This document shows positions 8,190-18,902 of a DNA stretch of 64,000 bases, piece by piece. The position numbers and the translations under genes are program-made. The notes below the pieces were generated by a model. It saw only the letters and a program-made list of their open reading frames with translations. It searched no databases and was not told the DNA's origin. Source of the stretch: an uncultured delta proteobacterium (lineage in GTDB: Bacteria; Desulfobacterota; Binatia; Binatales; Binataceae). The stretch is from assembly GCA_963794325.1 (NCBI GenBank), contig CAWCDG010000004.1, forward strand, positions 576,001 to 640,000, in the 5' to 3' direction. Numbering within the stretch: the stretch's first letter is position 1; the number at the start of each line of letters is the position of its first letter.

Positions 8190-10232
8190 TTAGATTTCCG
8201 CGCGGATGTCCTGCTGGTCGGAGAGGACGCGGACGTTTACGTGATGCTCGTCCGAGTTGCCGAGCGATCCCCAGTGCATCGCGAAGTTCTCGAGCTGGAC
8301 GTCGGGGTTGAAGCGCTCCGAGACGCCCATCACGACTTCGTCAACGCTTAGAAGAAACGCCATGCGGGCGATCGCATAGACCTGATCGTTGGAGACGACC
8401 ACCAGCGGGGTGACGGCGCGTCCATGATCCTCGCAAACCTTAACCACCTTACTGAACAGTTTACCCTCGGCGTCGCTGAAGATCTGTCCGCCGTCGCTGG
8501 AGGCAAGTCCCTTCTCGGTTCGAACCGTCAGCGCGATCAACTCAGCACTGTCACGCTCGGACAAATAGCGATGCAGATGCGCGAGGTTGTTCGGATCGCG
8601 AATAGCAATCAGCTTCTTCTGCGGCCCGAACAGGCCGAGACCGATCGAATCGACCTGGCTTTCCTCGATCAGTTGCAAGTTAAATTTCTCGGGCTCCTCG
8701 CCGTAGGCGTGCGCGGCCTGCCCGTTGATTTTTTCCGAAATCAGGAAAATCACGAACAGGCCGAGCGTGAAGCTGATGCCCGAGATTGTTGCGACCTCCT
8801 TGGTGAACAGATTGATCACCGCGGTCGCGAACAAAACCAGAAAGGTGAGTGCGAGACCCAGCGGAAAGTCCTTGCCCCACGGACGGAACCATTTCAGATT
8901 CAGCGGCATCCGCCACAGGCGATGATACTGATCCTTGTAGCGCAGGATCAGGACCGACAGCGTTTTGAAGACGAAGCTCCAGATGACGCCGAATGCGTAG
9001 GCCTCGCCCAGCACGAACATATCGCCGCGGGACAAAACGATCGTGGCAATCTGGAGCATCGCGACCATGTTCACGATGCGATAATTGGTGCCGTATTTCT
9101 TATGCGGATGACGGAACCAGTCGAGCAGCACCCCGTCTTCCGCGACGCGCGTGAGCACGCCGGTCGAGCCGACAATCGCGGTGTTAACGGCCCCGGCAAG
9201 AATCAGGAATCCAACGAAGACGACGAATGTGCGCAATGCGAGTCGCGCCCACAGCGGTCCGACCATGAACATCGCGAGACCGCCGATCAGGTCGTCGCCG
9301 TAATTGGACATACGGACGCTGTCGGGGATGATCATGACGGCAAAGAACGAGACCAGCGAGGTCAGCAGCAGGCTGTAAATGAAGATCACGAGGCCGGTGC
9401 GCAGCAGGTTTTTGAGTTTGGGCGCCTCGATCTCACGATTGATTTGTGCGAGAGATTCTTCACCCGACATCGCGAGGATCGAATGGCCGAACGCGATCAG
9501 AATTCCCAAGGTGCCAATAGTGCGCGCACCGGGAAAATGCTTGAGCCATCCGAGCGAGTCGTCGGTGAACTTCAATTCGAAGGGCGGCATATGCGCGCCA
9601 CGCATGAAAATCGTCAGCCCGCACCATCCGATCATCAGCACGGCCATCACGGTCGTGACCTGCATGATGCGCATCGCTTTGCCGCTCGATTCCTCGATGC
9701 CGAGAATGTTCTGACGCCAGAAATATACGGTCACGGCGATGGCGAAGAAGGCGGCGGCGAAATCCGGCGGCAGAATGATGCTGGAATGCGCCAGCTTAAG
9801 CAGTTCGTTGATCAAGCCGACCAGGTATTGGCCGGCGGAGACGCCGCTTATCGGCCCGGTCAGGATGTAGTCGAACATCAGAGCCGACACCGAGATTTTT
9901 GCCAACGTCGAGCCCATCGCTTCCTTGACGACGCGATAGACGCCGCCGCGGGTGAACATCGAGCACGACTCGACATAGACCGCGCGCACCGCGTACGAGA
10001 ACAGCATGACGGCGAGGATGAAATACGGCGCCGAGCGACCGCACGCCTGCTCGACGATGCCGCCGATGTAGTAGGCCGTCGAGGCGAGGTCGCACAGCAC
10101 GATCGCGGACGCTCGCCAGAACGAAATGAAGGCGAGCATCCCGGTGGTTACTACGATTGCTTTAGTTTGTTTGCCGAAGGTCGCCTGCGGCTGATGCCGC
10201 TCGGCGTCGAAGACTTTTGGAGTCGCAGCCAA
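8190..10232 (-). CDS. APC family permease with C-terminal cytoplasmic (USP-like) domain
   Basis: About 12 hydrophobic segments, GGVYRVVKEAMG, SGEESLAQ; TTG start at 10232 preceded by GGGGAG. Confidence 0.88.
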   Translation of the reverse strand: MAATPKVFDAERHQPQATFGKQTKAIVVTTGMLAFISFWRASAIVLCDLASTAYYIGGIVEQACGRSAPYFILAVMLFSYAVRAVYVESCSMFTRGGVYRVVKEAMGSTLAKISVSALMFDYILTGPISGVSAGQYLVGLINELLKLAHSSIILPPDFAAAFFAIAVTVYFWRQNILGIEESSGKAMRIMQVTTVMAVLMIGWCGLTIFMRGAHMPPFELKFTDDSLGWLKHFPGARTIGTLGILIAFGHSILAMSGEESLAQINREIEAPKLKNLLRTGLVIFIYSLLLTSLVSFFAVMIIPDSVRMSNYGDDLIGGLAMFMVGPLWARLALRTFVVFVGFLILAGAVNTAIVGSTGVLTRVAEDGVLLDWFRHPHKKYGTNYRIVNMVAMLQIATIVLSRGDMFVLGEAYAFGVIWSFVFKTLSVLILRYKDQYHRLWRMPLNLKWFRPWGKDFPLGLALTFLVLFATAVINLFTKEVATISGISFTLGLFVIFLISEKINGQAAHAYGEEPEKFNLQLIEESQVDSIGLGLFGPQKKLIAIRDPNNLAHLHRYLSERDSAELIALTVRTEKGLASSDGGQIFSDAEGKLFSKVVKVCEDHGRAVTPLVVVSNDQVYAIARMAFLLSVDEVVMGVSERFNPDVQLENFAMHWGSLGNSDEHHVNVRVLSDQQDIRAEI

Positions 10233-10288
10233 GTATGAATCTCCCCGAGCAAACGCCGAAAATGCGGCGTTGCCAGGCAATTCAAAGT

Positions 10289-10455
10289 GCAAGATGCAGA
10301 CCGCAATGAATCCGCATGATCCTGCTGTTGTTTAAAAAGCTGGAAGTGCGTACCGCAATGGCGTTGGCGGATGGAGCCATGCAATCTGCAATGTTACGAG
10401 AACTAAGGGCTCTTGATGCTGCCGACCTGTCGAGCGGTAGAATGCAAACTGTGCA
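10289..10455. promoter_or_regulatory. Candidate TGCA-Nx-TGCA activator-binding palindromes in the divergent intergenic region
   Basis: TGCAAGATGCA (~10289), TGCAATCTGCA (~10380), TGCAAACTGTGCA (~10443), next to an NtrC-family regulator. Confidence 0.35.
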
Positions 10456-10472
10456 GCTAACCGGGGAATCGC

Positions 10473-11801
10473 TTGGCTAACATTCTCGTCGTCGATGACG
10501 ACCGCAATATTCGCCGCACTCTGGCGGCGAGTCTCGAGTCCGCGAAACATCAAGTGACGGTGGCGGAAAGCGCCGAGCATGCGCTGGAACTATTTGGCCC
10601 GTCGGCGCCAGCGGTGGTCGTGACCGACGTTCGAATGGAAGGGATGGGCGGGCTCAAGCTGCTCGAATCGATCAAGCGGCTCAATCCTGCGATGCCGGTG
10701 GTGATGATGACGGCATTCGGATCAATTCCCGACGCGGTCGAAGCGATGCGCCAGGGGGCGTACGACTATGTCACCAAGCCGTTCACCGCGGATCATATCG
10801 TGCACGTCGTCGCGCGCGCGCTCGAGGTGCAAGAACTGCGGGCCGAGAACAAGGAGCTGCGCGATCGAATCGAGAACCTGACCGAGCCCGAGCCGTTTCT
10901 CACGTACAGTCCGCATTCGCGAAAGGTGGCGGAGACGGCGGCACAGGTCGCAGACAGCGACGCGACCGCTTTAATCACCGGCGAAAGCGGCACCGGCAAG
11001 AGCATGCTGGCGTCGTACATCCATCGTTTGAGTCCGCGCAAGAACGGCCCCTTCGTGCAGGTCGCGTGCACGACTCTCAGCGAGCATCTGCTGGAGAGTG
11101 AGCTGTTCGGGCACGTGCGCGGTTCGTTTACCGGCGCGATAAAAGACAAGCCCGGACGTCTCGAAGCGGCCGAGGGCGGGACGGTGCTGCTCGACGAGAT
11201 CGGCGACCTGACGCCGGTGGTTCAATCGAAGCTGCTGCGTTTTCTGCAGGAGCGGACGTTCGAGCGGGTGGGCGGCGCACAGACGATCAAAGTCGATGCG
11301 AGAATTATTGCGGCGACCAATCAGCATCTCGAGCAATTGGTCAAGGAAAAGCGCTTCCGCGAGGATCTTTATTATCGGCTCAACGTGATCGAACTGCAGG
11401 TGCCGGCGCTGCGCGATCGGCCGGGCGAAATCCTGAAGCTGGCAGAACACTTCGCCGCGCAGGCCGCAGAGACGCATCACAAGCCCGCGCATTCGATAGC
11501 AGCAGAGGCGCGCGAGGCGCTGGTCTCCTACGCGTGGCCGGGCAATATCCGTGAATTGCGCAACGTGATGGAGCGCGCGGTAATCCTGAGCCGCGGCGAG
11601 ACGATCGCGCTGAGCGATCTGCCCGACAAAATTCTCGCATCACCCGACAAGCTCGATCACAGCCACACGCTGGAGCAGATGGAACGGCGGCATATCGAAG
11701 TAGTACTCGAACAGGCGGTGACGCTGGAAGAGGCGGCCGAGATGCTGGGAATCAACGTCGCGACATTGTGGCGAAAGCGCCGGCGATACGGCCTGGACTG
11801 A
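10473..11801 (+). CDS. Sigma54-dependent (NtrC/AtoC-family) response regulator
   Basis: REC domain (VVDDD, TDVRM, TKPF), GESGTGKS, ESELFGHVRGSFTGA, WPGNIREL, Fis HTH. Confidence 0.95.
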   Translation: MANILVVDDDRNIRRTLAASLESAKHQVTVAESAEHALELFGPSAPAVVVTDVRMEGMGGLKLLESIKRLNPAMPVVMMTAFGSIPDAVEAMRQGAYDYVTKPFTADHIVHVVARALEVQELRAENKELRDRIENLTEPEPFLTYSPHSRKVAETAAQVADSDATALITGESGTGKSMLASYIHRLSPRKNGPFVQVACTTLSEHLLESELFGHVRGSFTGAIKDKPGRLEAAEGGTVLLDEIGDLTPVVQSKLLRFLQERTFERVGGAQTIKVDARIIAATNQHLEQLVKEKRFREDLYYRLNVIELQVPALRDRPGEILKLAEHFAAQAAETHHKPAHSIAAEAREALVSYAWPGNIRELRNVMERAVILSRGETIALSDLPDKILASPDKLDHSHTLEQMERRHIEVVLEQAVTLEEAAEMLGINVATLWRKRRRYGLD

Positions 11802-12426
11802 CAACGGGCTTTGCGGGCGACGGTTGAAGCGTCGCCAAAATCGCAGCTGTGAACGCGGGATCGTCAAACAAACGCGCAAATGCGTCCTCCAACGATCCCT
11901 GAAGCTCGCGTGAAAAACACTTGTCAAGATAAAAGTAGGCGGTGGTGGGCGCGCCCTCGCCGCGCACGATTTTTGAATACAGAACTTTGCCGGATTGCGG
12001 CTGGACCTGAACGCGCATCGAAAGAGTCCCGCTTGCGTGAATTCCCGACATGTCGGATTCAACGACCGCCTCAAATCGGCCGAGTTGAATAACGACCAGC
12101 GCGCCGCCGTTACCGATCTTGAATCCGCGCGCTTTCAATTCAGTCTCAGCCGCCCCCTTCAGGGTGTCCACGGGGTCTTTGACGCGGGAATAATTCGTCT
12201 GTTTTATCGGATCGATCGAGTTCCAGAGCGAGTCGGACGCGGGAGCCTGTAGATCCTCCACTCTGACTTCTACCGCAATTGCGCCGGCGTCTTTAACCGG
12301 ATGCACGCTTTCCTGCGGGACGTAGTTGATCGGCTCTTCTCGTGCAGTTGCGCATCCCGCGATGAGCGATGCGGCGAAGATCATAAACGCAGCCGCGCGT
12401 AATTCGCGATAGCGATCGGAAAGCAT
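11752..12426 (-). CDS. YajG-like lipoprotein
   Basis: Lipobox LIAGC; VRVEDL, ELKARGF pattern; 3' end overlaps the convergent regulator gene; start uncertain. Confidence 0.65.
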   Translation of the reverse strand: MLSDRYRELRAAAFMIFAASLIAGCATAREEPINYVPQESVHPVKDAGAIAVEVRVEDLQAPASDSLWNSIDPIKQTNYSRVKDPVDTLKGAAETELKARGFKIGNGGALVVIQLGRFEAVVESDMSGIHASGTLSMRVQVQPQSGKVLYSKIVRGEGAPTTAYFYLDKCFSRELQGSLEDAFARLFDDPAFTAAILATLQPSPAKPVVSPGRIAGAFATMSRR

Positions 12427-12551
12427 CGATAGTTCAATTATCAGTTGTTTGGGCTGCGGAAAATGGTGAGCGAAGGCGAGTGCACAGCGGCGCGCCCCTC
12501 GATGGAGCGCGCCGCGCACGGGCGAAATCCTGATGCGTTTGGTGATGCGGG

Positions 12552-12974
12552 CTAGGACTTTTTGTTCATCGCGCCTTCGAGACGGCTGTGACTCTGCACG
12601 CAAGTGCCGAGGCTGGTGAACGGATCCGGCCAGTCGTGCTTTACGCAATATGGCAGCGCCGTCATGTCGGTTTCACTGTATCCGCGCGCCGAGAGATCCT
12701 TCCTGATGCAATCGCTGTGCGCTTTGTTGGAGCCTGCAACGGCCGCGGCGTCGTCGGCAGCTTCAGTTATCAACGCGTCGCGCAGTTCGATCTTCACCTG
12801 CGGATCCTCGCTCTTGCCGAGTGAACCCGCGACGTTGCTCGACGGCCCGCAAACCCCGACCGAGTCGATAAACGCCTCTTCGAGCCCGACCGTGCTGAGA
12901 TCTTTTGCGAATCCCACACTCACCGCGGTCATCAGGATGCTGGTCGCGATCATTGCCACAGCAAATCGTTTCAT
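12552..12974 (-). CDS. Hypothetical secreted protein with four cysteines
   Basis: Signal peptide MKRFAVAMIATSILMTAVSVGFA; GGAGG upstream. Confidence 0.7.
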   Translation of the reverse strand: MKRFAVAMIATSILMTAVSVGFAKDLSTVGLEEAFIDSVGVCGPSSNVAGSLGKSEDPQVKIELRDALITEAADDAAAVAGSNKAHSDCIRKDLSARGYSETDMTALPYCVKHDWPDPFTSLGTCVQSHSRLEGAMNKKS

Positions 12975-13174
12975 CACATTCGCCCTCCAGGTTGAGATGT
13001 GACCGCGTGAAAATGAAACCGGCCCCATCGTTGATGACAATACGCTTATCTGTAGAATCGACAGCCAAAAAAGTCCAGCGACCGACCCCGCGCTCCCGTT
13101 CCGCAAGGCACTCGGCTTGACGGAAACTCCCGCTTGATGAAAGTGTCGGGTCAGTCAGACCAAAGGAATCTACC

Positions 13175-14113
13175 ATGGCGAAAATTGCTCTTGCCTGCAC
13201 GATACTCCCCGACAGCCCGCCGACGCGCCTGATCGAATGGTCGCGCGCGGCGGAGGACGCGGGCTTTTCCGGCGTCTTCATGACCGAGGCGAATAACGAC
13301 TCGCTGGCATGCTCGCTCGCGCTCGGGCTTCACACCAAGCGAATCAAGCTCGGCACCGCGATCACGAACATTTATCTGCGTCATCCGAATCTGCTCGCAA
13401 ACGAAGCCGCGGCAGTCCAGGAATTTACCGGCGGCCGATTTATCCTCGGCCTCGGCACGGGGCATCGCGAAGGCAACTCCGCGCTCGGAATCGACATGGG
13501 AGTTCCGCTGACCCGGATGCGCGAAACGGTGAAGACCTTGCGCGCCATGCTCGACGGCGGCAAGACGGGGCCGCGGGTCAGCACGAAGCTTCCGCTTTAC
13601 CTGGCGGGCGTATCGCGCCCGATGGTCAAGCTGGCCGGCGAAATCGGCGACGGCGTGATCTTCAACTTCTTTCCGCCGGCGCGGGTCAAGGAAGCGCTCG
13701 GCGAGTTGGCCGATGGGGCGAAGATTGCAGGCCGCGACGTGAAACAGATTGAGCCGACGCTGTTCGCGACCGCCTTCATTTCGGATGACCTGGAGGCCGC
13801 GCGGCGTCCCGCGCGCAAGCTGCTATCTCGCTACGGCGCGCTGAAGTTCTACGGCAACATGATGGCGCATTCGGGATTCGAGCGCGAAATCGCGGCGATT
13901 CGCGCGGCGGGCCGCGATGCCGACGCGGCGATTAAAGCCGTCAGCAACGAGTTGATCGACGCGACGCTAGTGGTGGGATCGGAGGCGCGGGTTCGGGAGC
14001 GGCTGCAGGAGCTATGCGCGCCGGGAATCGGCACCGCGATCGTGTTCACGAATCCGGTCAACGAAGATCGCAACGCGGCCGTGATGCGAACGATCCGCGC
14101 GCTCAAGCAATAG
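13175..14113 (+). CDS. LLM class flavin/F420-dependent oxidoreductase
   Basis: AEDAGF, TKRIKLGTAITN, GRFILGLGTG, LAGEIGDGVI. Confidence 0.92.
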   Translation: MAKIALACTILPDSPPTRLIEWSRAAEDAGFSGVFMTEANNDSLACSLALGLHTKRIKLGTAITNIYLRHPNLLANEAAAVQEFTGGRFILGLGTGHREGNSALGIDMGVPLTRMRETVKTLRAMLDGGKTGPRVSTKLPLYLAGVSRPMVKLAGEIGDGVIFNFFPPARVKEALGELADGAKIAGRDVKQIEPTLFATAFISDDLEAARRPARKLLSRYGALKFYGNMMAHSGFEREIAAIRAAGRDADAAIKAVSNELIDATLVVGSEARVRERLQELCAPGIGTAIVFTNPVNEDRNAAVMRTIRALKQ

Positions 14114-14137
14114 AGCGGCTCGCCCTTAACAGGCCGT

Positions 14138-14908
14138 CTAGGGCTGATCTTCCTGATCGCCGGCGCTTTGATCGTTGGTGTCGCGAGCCAGCGCAACGCG
14201 ATCGAAGAATCGCTTGATGCGCCGAGCGTTGACGCCGAAGTCACCGATTCCGTCGCGCGATTTCGAGCGCATCTCGATCAAGCTGGCTCCGTCCGGCGTC
14301 GGCCGTACCTGGATCACGACGTCATCGTTGAAATGCCAGAGCTTTGAAGTCGCGACGGCCTCGAGCGTATTGGTGGCCGGATCCGAATACGTAATCGTCC
14401 ACGTCGGTGAGGCCTTGGCGACTTCGGTCACGCGCGCGAACGCGTCGGCCGGGGAAAGGCGTTCCTTGATCGGACCGATCGGGCCGTAGCCCTTGAGCTG
14501 CCGGTCGGCGTATTTCGCCTTGTCGTATTTCATGTCGCGATTCGGCTCGTGCTGCAGCTTCTGCGCGTTGACGAACTCGGGTGGATTATCAAAGTCGGTC
14601 GTGATGTCGTTGATAGGCGGGTACTTGGAACTGCGCAGCACAGTCACGATCAGCGGCAGCGCGATTACGGCGCACACCACCGTGGCTATCACCGCGCGAT
14701 TACGTCCGGCGCTCGCCTGAGGTTTACGCGTCAGAAAAATCGCGAGCAGGCCGACCAGGAGGCCGATGATGCTCAGTAGAAATGCCAGCGCAAATAGCTG
14801 AAACCCCATGAATGGCGCAATCAGATGGAAGTGCGCGCCGACCATTCCCGCGGCGATCATCGCGATTGCTATAAGCGCGTCGTAGTACGCGAGCCATGCA
14901 AAAGTCAT
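14138..14908 (-). CDS. DUF1499 domain membrane protein
   Basis: Three TM segments then PPINDITTD..PPEF and DDVVI..RSKSRDGIGDFGVNARRI. Confidence 0.88.
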   Translation of the reverse strand: MTFAWLAYYDALIAIAMIAAGMVGAHFHLIAPFMGFQLFALAFLLSIIGLLVGLLAIFLTRKPQASAGRNRAVIATVVCAVIALPLIVTVLRSSKYPPINDITTDFDNPPEFVNAQKLQHEPNRDMKYDKAKYADRQLKGYGPIGPIKERLSPADAFARVTEVAKASPTWTITYSDPATNTLEAVATSKLWHFNDDVVIQVRPTPDGASLIEMRSKSRDGIGDFGVNARRIKRFFDRVALARDTNDQSAGDQEDQP

Positions 14909-14936
14909 TCGTCTTTCCCCCGAAAGAGATTTGCGT

Positions 14937-15740
14937 TCACGCCTGGTTCCTGATTCCCCGGACCACGAATTGCGGCAATACGAACAGAAACGATCCGCTC
15001 GCGACGGCGCGATCGATATCGGCGAACCAACCTTCGACCTCGGCCGCCGCGATCTTGCCGGAATCGCGAGCATACCGCGCGAAGCTGGCTTTCAGCATCG
15101 GCAACGAGCGTCCCGCAGTATCCGCGCCGGCATGAATTTCAACTTTCACATCGTCAAGACCGGCCGCGCGAAAGAGCCGATAGAGTTGCCGTCCAATCTG
15201 CGGCTCCCTGATAGCGATCGCCTTCGACGCCGCGAGGATTCGATCGCTGCGTTCACGACCGTCGCGACCGATGTCGAGCGCGATCATGTCCCAGTCGCTG
15301 TCAACCGCGACGACCACCCCGCCCGGCGCGGTCACGCGGGCCATTTCCGCGACAGTATCGGCTGCGGAATCGACATATTCAAGGACGTTTTTGCACCACA
15401 CCCGGTCGAATGAAGCGTCGGGAAACGGGAGTGGTGGAAACGCACTATGCACGAACTCCGCCGGCAGCTTCGCTTCGCGTGAACGTGCGCTGGATCGCTC
15501 GACGAATTCCGCGTTGATATCGACACCGGTCACCTTGCCGCCGGGAGCGACGCGCCGTGCGAGCTCGAAGGTGGTGTGACCTGGTCCCGAGCCAACATCT
15601 AACACTCGCAAACTCGCTTTGAGATCGAGCGGGCGCAGCAGCGGCTCCATCGCGGGATGATACGCAAGGATCTTGTCGTACGCGCTGTGGCGGTCGGAGT
15701 CGATATCGACCCAGTGCTGCTTGTAATAAGGCTCAGGCAT
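14937..15740 (-). CDS. Class I SAM-dependent methyltransferase
   Basis: VLDVGSGPG, LPFPDASFD, RVTAPGG motifs. Confidence 0.9.
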   Translation of the reverse strand: MPEPYYKQHWVDIDSDRHSAYDKILAYHPAMEPLLRPLDLKASLRVLDVGSGPGHTTFELARRVAPGGKVTGVDINAEFVERSSARSREAKLPAEFVHSAFPPLPFPDASFDRVWCKNVLEYVDSAADTVAEMARVTAPGGVVVAVDSDWDMIALDIGRDGRERSDRILAASKAIAIREPQIGRQLYRLFRAAGLDDVKVEIHAGADTAGRSLPMLKASFARYARDSGKIAAAEVEGWFADIDRAVASGSFLFVLPQFVVRGIRNQA

Positions 15741-15753
15741 GGCTGATGACCGT

Positions 15754-16626
15754 TCAGACGAGTCGGAGTTCCTTCATCGCGACGCGCAGTTTCTCGGCGG
15801 GACCGGCGGTCATCGGGACCAGCGGCATCCGCAACTCGTTGGCGCATTTGCCCATGAACGCGAGGGCCTGCTTGATGGGAATCGGATTTGTTTCGACGAA
15901 CAGCGCACGCATCAGCGGCAGCAGCCGGAAATGGATCTCGCGAGCCTTCGCCAAATCACCAGCCAGCGCGGCGGCCGCGAGATCGTGCATCTCGCGCGGA
16001 ACGATATTGCTGCAGGTGCAGATCACACCCTTCGCGCCGAGCGCGATGAGGGGGAGCGTGAGCGCGTCGTCGCCGGACAGAATCGTTATCCGGTCGCCAC
16101 ACATCTTTAAGATGTCCGAGGACTGATCCATCGAGGCCGACGCTTCCTTGATGCCGACGATGTTCTTGATCTCAGCGAGCCGCGCCACCGTCTCCGGCAA
16201 AATGTTCGACGCCGTGCGTCCGGGGATGTTGTACATGAACAGCGGGAGATCGACGCTCGCCGCGATCGTCTTGTAATGGCGGTAGATGCCATCCTGGGTC
16301 GGCTTGTTGTAGTAGGGCGACAGCAGCAGCGCGCCGTCCGCGCCCATCTCGCGCGCGGCCGCAGTCAGACGAATCGCCTCGGCAGTCGAGTTCGATCCGG
16401 TGCCCGCGATCACCGGGACGCGCTTTCGCACCTGCTCGATCGTGAGCTTGATTACGCTGTCGTGCTCGGCGTGCGTGAGCGTCGCGGATTCACCGGTCGA
16501 ACCGCACGGGACCAGCCCGTCGATTCCGCTCTGAATCTGCCATTCGATCAGGTCGCGCAACGCAGGCGCGTCCACCTCGCCGTCGCGAAACGGCGTGACC
16601 AGAGCAGTCAGTGCGCCATTGAACAT
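15754..16626 (-). CDS. dapA: 4-hydroxy-tetrahydrodipicolinate synthase
   Basis: TALVTPF, GSTGE, PYYNKP, YNIPGRT, GIKEA. Confidence 0.96.
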   Translation of the reverse strand: MFNGALTALVTPFRDGEVDAPALRDLIEWQIQSGIDGLVPCGSTGESATLTHAEHDSVIKLTIEQVRKRVPVIAGTGSNSTAEAIRLTAAAREMGADGALLLSPYYNKPTQDGIYRHYKTIAASVDLPLFMYNIPGRTASNILPETVARLAEIKNIVGIKEASASMDQSSDILKMCGDRITILSGDDALTLPLIALGAKGVICTCSNIVPREMHDLAAAALAGDLAKAREIHFRLLPLMRALFVETNPIPIKQALAFMGKCANELRMPLVPMTAGPAEKLRVAMKELRLV

Positions 16627-16653
16627 CGTTCGAAGCCTCCCGCCTTTTTCATT

Positions 16654-17556
16654 TCACTTTTTCACTGGGACCATTTCGTCGGCGCCCAGCTCGACTGCGC
16701 CGCTAAAAACCTCGATGGCGTTGCCGGTCATGAAGACGTGATTCGCATCGGCGCCGTCGGCACGCCATTCGACTTCAAGATTGCCGCCGCGCAACTCGAC
16801 GGTCGCGGTCCGTTCGCAATGATTGGTGAGCACCGCTGCAACCAGCGCGGCGCAGGCTCCAGTTCCGCATGCCCAGGTTTCGCCCGAGCCGCGCTCCCAT
16901 ACACGCATCTTAAGATTGCGGCGCGAGGTTGCGAAAATGAACTCAGTATTCACGCGGCGGGGAAAAAACGGGTGATGCTCGAACTCGCGGCCCAGCGCGG
17001 CGAAATCGCGATCCTGAAGCTTGAAGACACCGTCATCGGCAACGAACAAAACGCAGTGCGGATTACCCATCGAGACCGCCGTGATCGACTCGCGGCGGCC
17101 TGCAACCTCGAGTGGGTAGTCTATGATTCGGCCGTCTGCTTTCACCGGGATGTCGCGGCCTTCGAGAATCGGTTCGCCCATATCGACCGTCGCGCTGACA
17201 ACGCGGCGGCCTTCGAGCCGGAGCGCGACCGTCTTCAGCCCAGCGTCAGTCTCGACGACCATTGGATTGGCGCGGACCAGGCCGCGCTCGAACGCGAGCC
17301 GCGCGAGGCATCGAATTCCGTTGCCGCACATGTCGCCGCGGCTGCCGTCCGCGTTGTACATCTCCATTCGGATGTCGGCATTGCTCGACGGCGCGAGCAT
17401 GATCAAGCCGTCGGCACCGATCCCAAAGTGACGATCAGAAAGTTTGACGGAGAGCGCTGGCGGATCGGCGGGACGCGCGCGCATCGCGACTATATAGATG
17501 TAGTCGTTGCCGCATCCGTGCATTTTGGTGAATTCAAGCGTTGCCATCGCGTTCAC
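16654..17556 (-). CDS. dapF: Diaminopimelate epimerase
   Basis: FTKMHGCGNDY, MCGNGIRC, SMGNPH, ERGSGETWACGTGA. Confidence 0.96.
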   Translation of the reverse strand: MNAMATLEFTKMHGCGNDYIYIVAMRARPADPPALSVKLSDRHFGIGADGLIMLAPSSNADIRMEMYNADGSRGDMCGNGIRCLARLAFERGLVRANPMVVETDAGLKTVALRLEGRRVVSATVDMGEPILEGRDIPVKADGRIIDYPLEVAGRRESITAVSMGNPHCVLFVADDGVFKLQDRDFAALGREFEHHPFFPRRVNTEFIFATSRRNLKMRVWERGSGETWACGTGACAALVAAVLTNHCERTATVELRGGNLEVEWRADGADANHVFMTGNAIEVFSGAVELGADEMVPVKK

Positions 17557-18812
17557 GCCGTCTTCAGGTCAACCATATGTTCGCCGCGAATCTGATCCTC
17601 GAAAGTATCGCGCTCACGAATCACGTGCACGTCGGCGCCGTCAACGAGAACTTCGGGCGCGCGCGGGCGGCTGTTGTAGTTCGACGACATGACGAAGCCG
17701 TAGGCGCCGGCGCTCATCACGGCGAGCAGGTCGCCCTCCTCGGGCATAGCCATCTCACGCTCACGCGCAAAGAAATCGCCGCTCTCGCAAACCGGACCGA
17801 CGATATCCGCAGTCACGGTTTTGCCCCGCTTGCGCCGATCGACCGGAACGATCTCGTGATACGCTTCGTAGAGCACCGGACGAATCAAATCGTTCATCGC
17901 GCCGTCGATGACGACGAAGCGTTTCACGTCGGTTTCTTTATTGTAAAGCACCTTCGTCACGAGCATGCCCGCGTTGCCAACCATCACGCGTCCCGGCTCG
18001 GTGATAATCCTGAGCCCGAGACCCACGATCGGCTTCAGCAGCGCGTGCGCGTATTCCGACGGTGGCGGAGGCTGCTCCTGATAGGGGATTCCGAGGCCGC
18101 CGCCGAGATCGAGATACTTGAGCGCGATTCCCGCATTGCGGAGACGCCCGACGATGGCGGCAACCTTCTGTCCCGCTTCGGCAAATGGCGCCATCTCGGT
18201 TATCTGCGATCCGATGTGCGTGCTCAGCCCAACGATTTCGAGCTGTGCCAGCGCCGCCGCCTCAGCGTAATACTCGTCAACCTGCGAGAGCGGCACACCG
18301 AACTTGCTGTCGCGATGCCCGGTTGAAATGTGCGGATGCGTCCCCGGATCGAGATCGGGATTCACGCGCAGACTAACCGGCGCGCGATGCTTCATCCGCC
18401 CCGCGACTTCCGCGATGCGGTGCAGCTCGGGGCGCGACTCGACGTTGATCATGAGGATGCGGGCTTTGAGCGCAGCCTCGATTTCCTCGTCAGTCTTGCC
18501 GACACCCGAGAAGACAATCTTGCGCGGGTCCGCGCCGACCCGGAGGCATCGCATCAGCTCGCCGACCGACACGATGTCGAATCCGGCGCCCATCGAATCG
18601 AACAATTTCAGGATGCTCAGATTCGAGAGCGCCTTCATCGCATAGCAGATCAGATGATCGGTGCCGGCAAAAGCCTCGTCGAACACCCGGTAATGCCGCC
18701 TGAGAGTGCGCGCGCTATAAACGAAAAAGGGAGTGTTGATTCGCCTCGCCAGGTCGGCGATCGGCACGTCTTCCGCGTAAAGTTGATCGTTGCGGTATTC
18801 GAAGTAGTTCAT
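17553..18812 (-). CDS. lysA: Diaminopimelate decarboxylase
   Basis: YAMKA, HIGSQ, DLGGG, EPGR, GPVCESGD, SNYNSRPR. Confidence 0.96.
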   Translation of the reverse strand: MNYFEYRNDQLYAEDVPIADLARRINTPFFVYSARTLRRHYRVFDEAFAGTDHLICYAMKALSNLSILKLFDSMGAGFDIVSVGELMRCLRVGADPRKIVFSGVGKTDEEIEAALKARILMINVESRPELHRIAEVAGRMKHRAPVSLRVNPDLDPGTHPHISTGHRDSKFGVPLSQVDEYYAEAAALAQLEIVGLSTHIGSQITEMAPFAEAGQKVAAIVGRLRNAGIALKYLDLGGGLGIPYQEQPPPPSEYAHALLKPIVGLGLRIITEPGRVMVGNAGMLVTKVLYNKETDVKRFVVIDGAMNDLIRPVLYEAYHEIVPVDRRKRGKTVTADIVGPVCESGDFFAREREMAMPEEGDLLAVMSAGAYGFVMSSNYNSRPRAPEVLVDGADVHVIRERDTFEDQIRGEHMVDLKTA

Positions 18813-18902
18813 GGCGCTGTCGCGATACGAAAGATCGTTTCTATCATAGCGCGGCCCGGCGAATAAACGGACATTCGCGGCAGTCTCGGGGCCTCCCCGA
18901 TG

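Noticed and set aside
10233-10472. Sigma54 -24/-12 promoter
   Set aside because: The TGGC occurrences I checked lack a correctly spaced TTGC element
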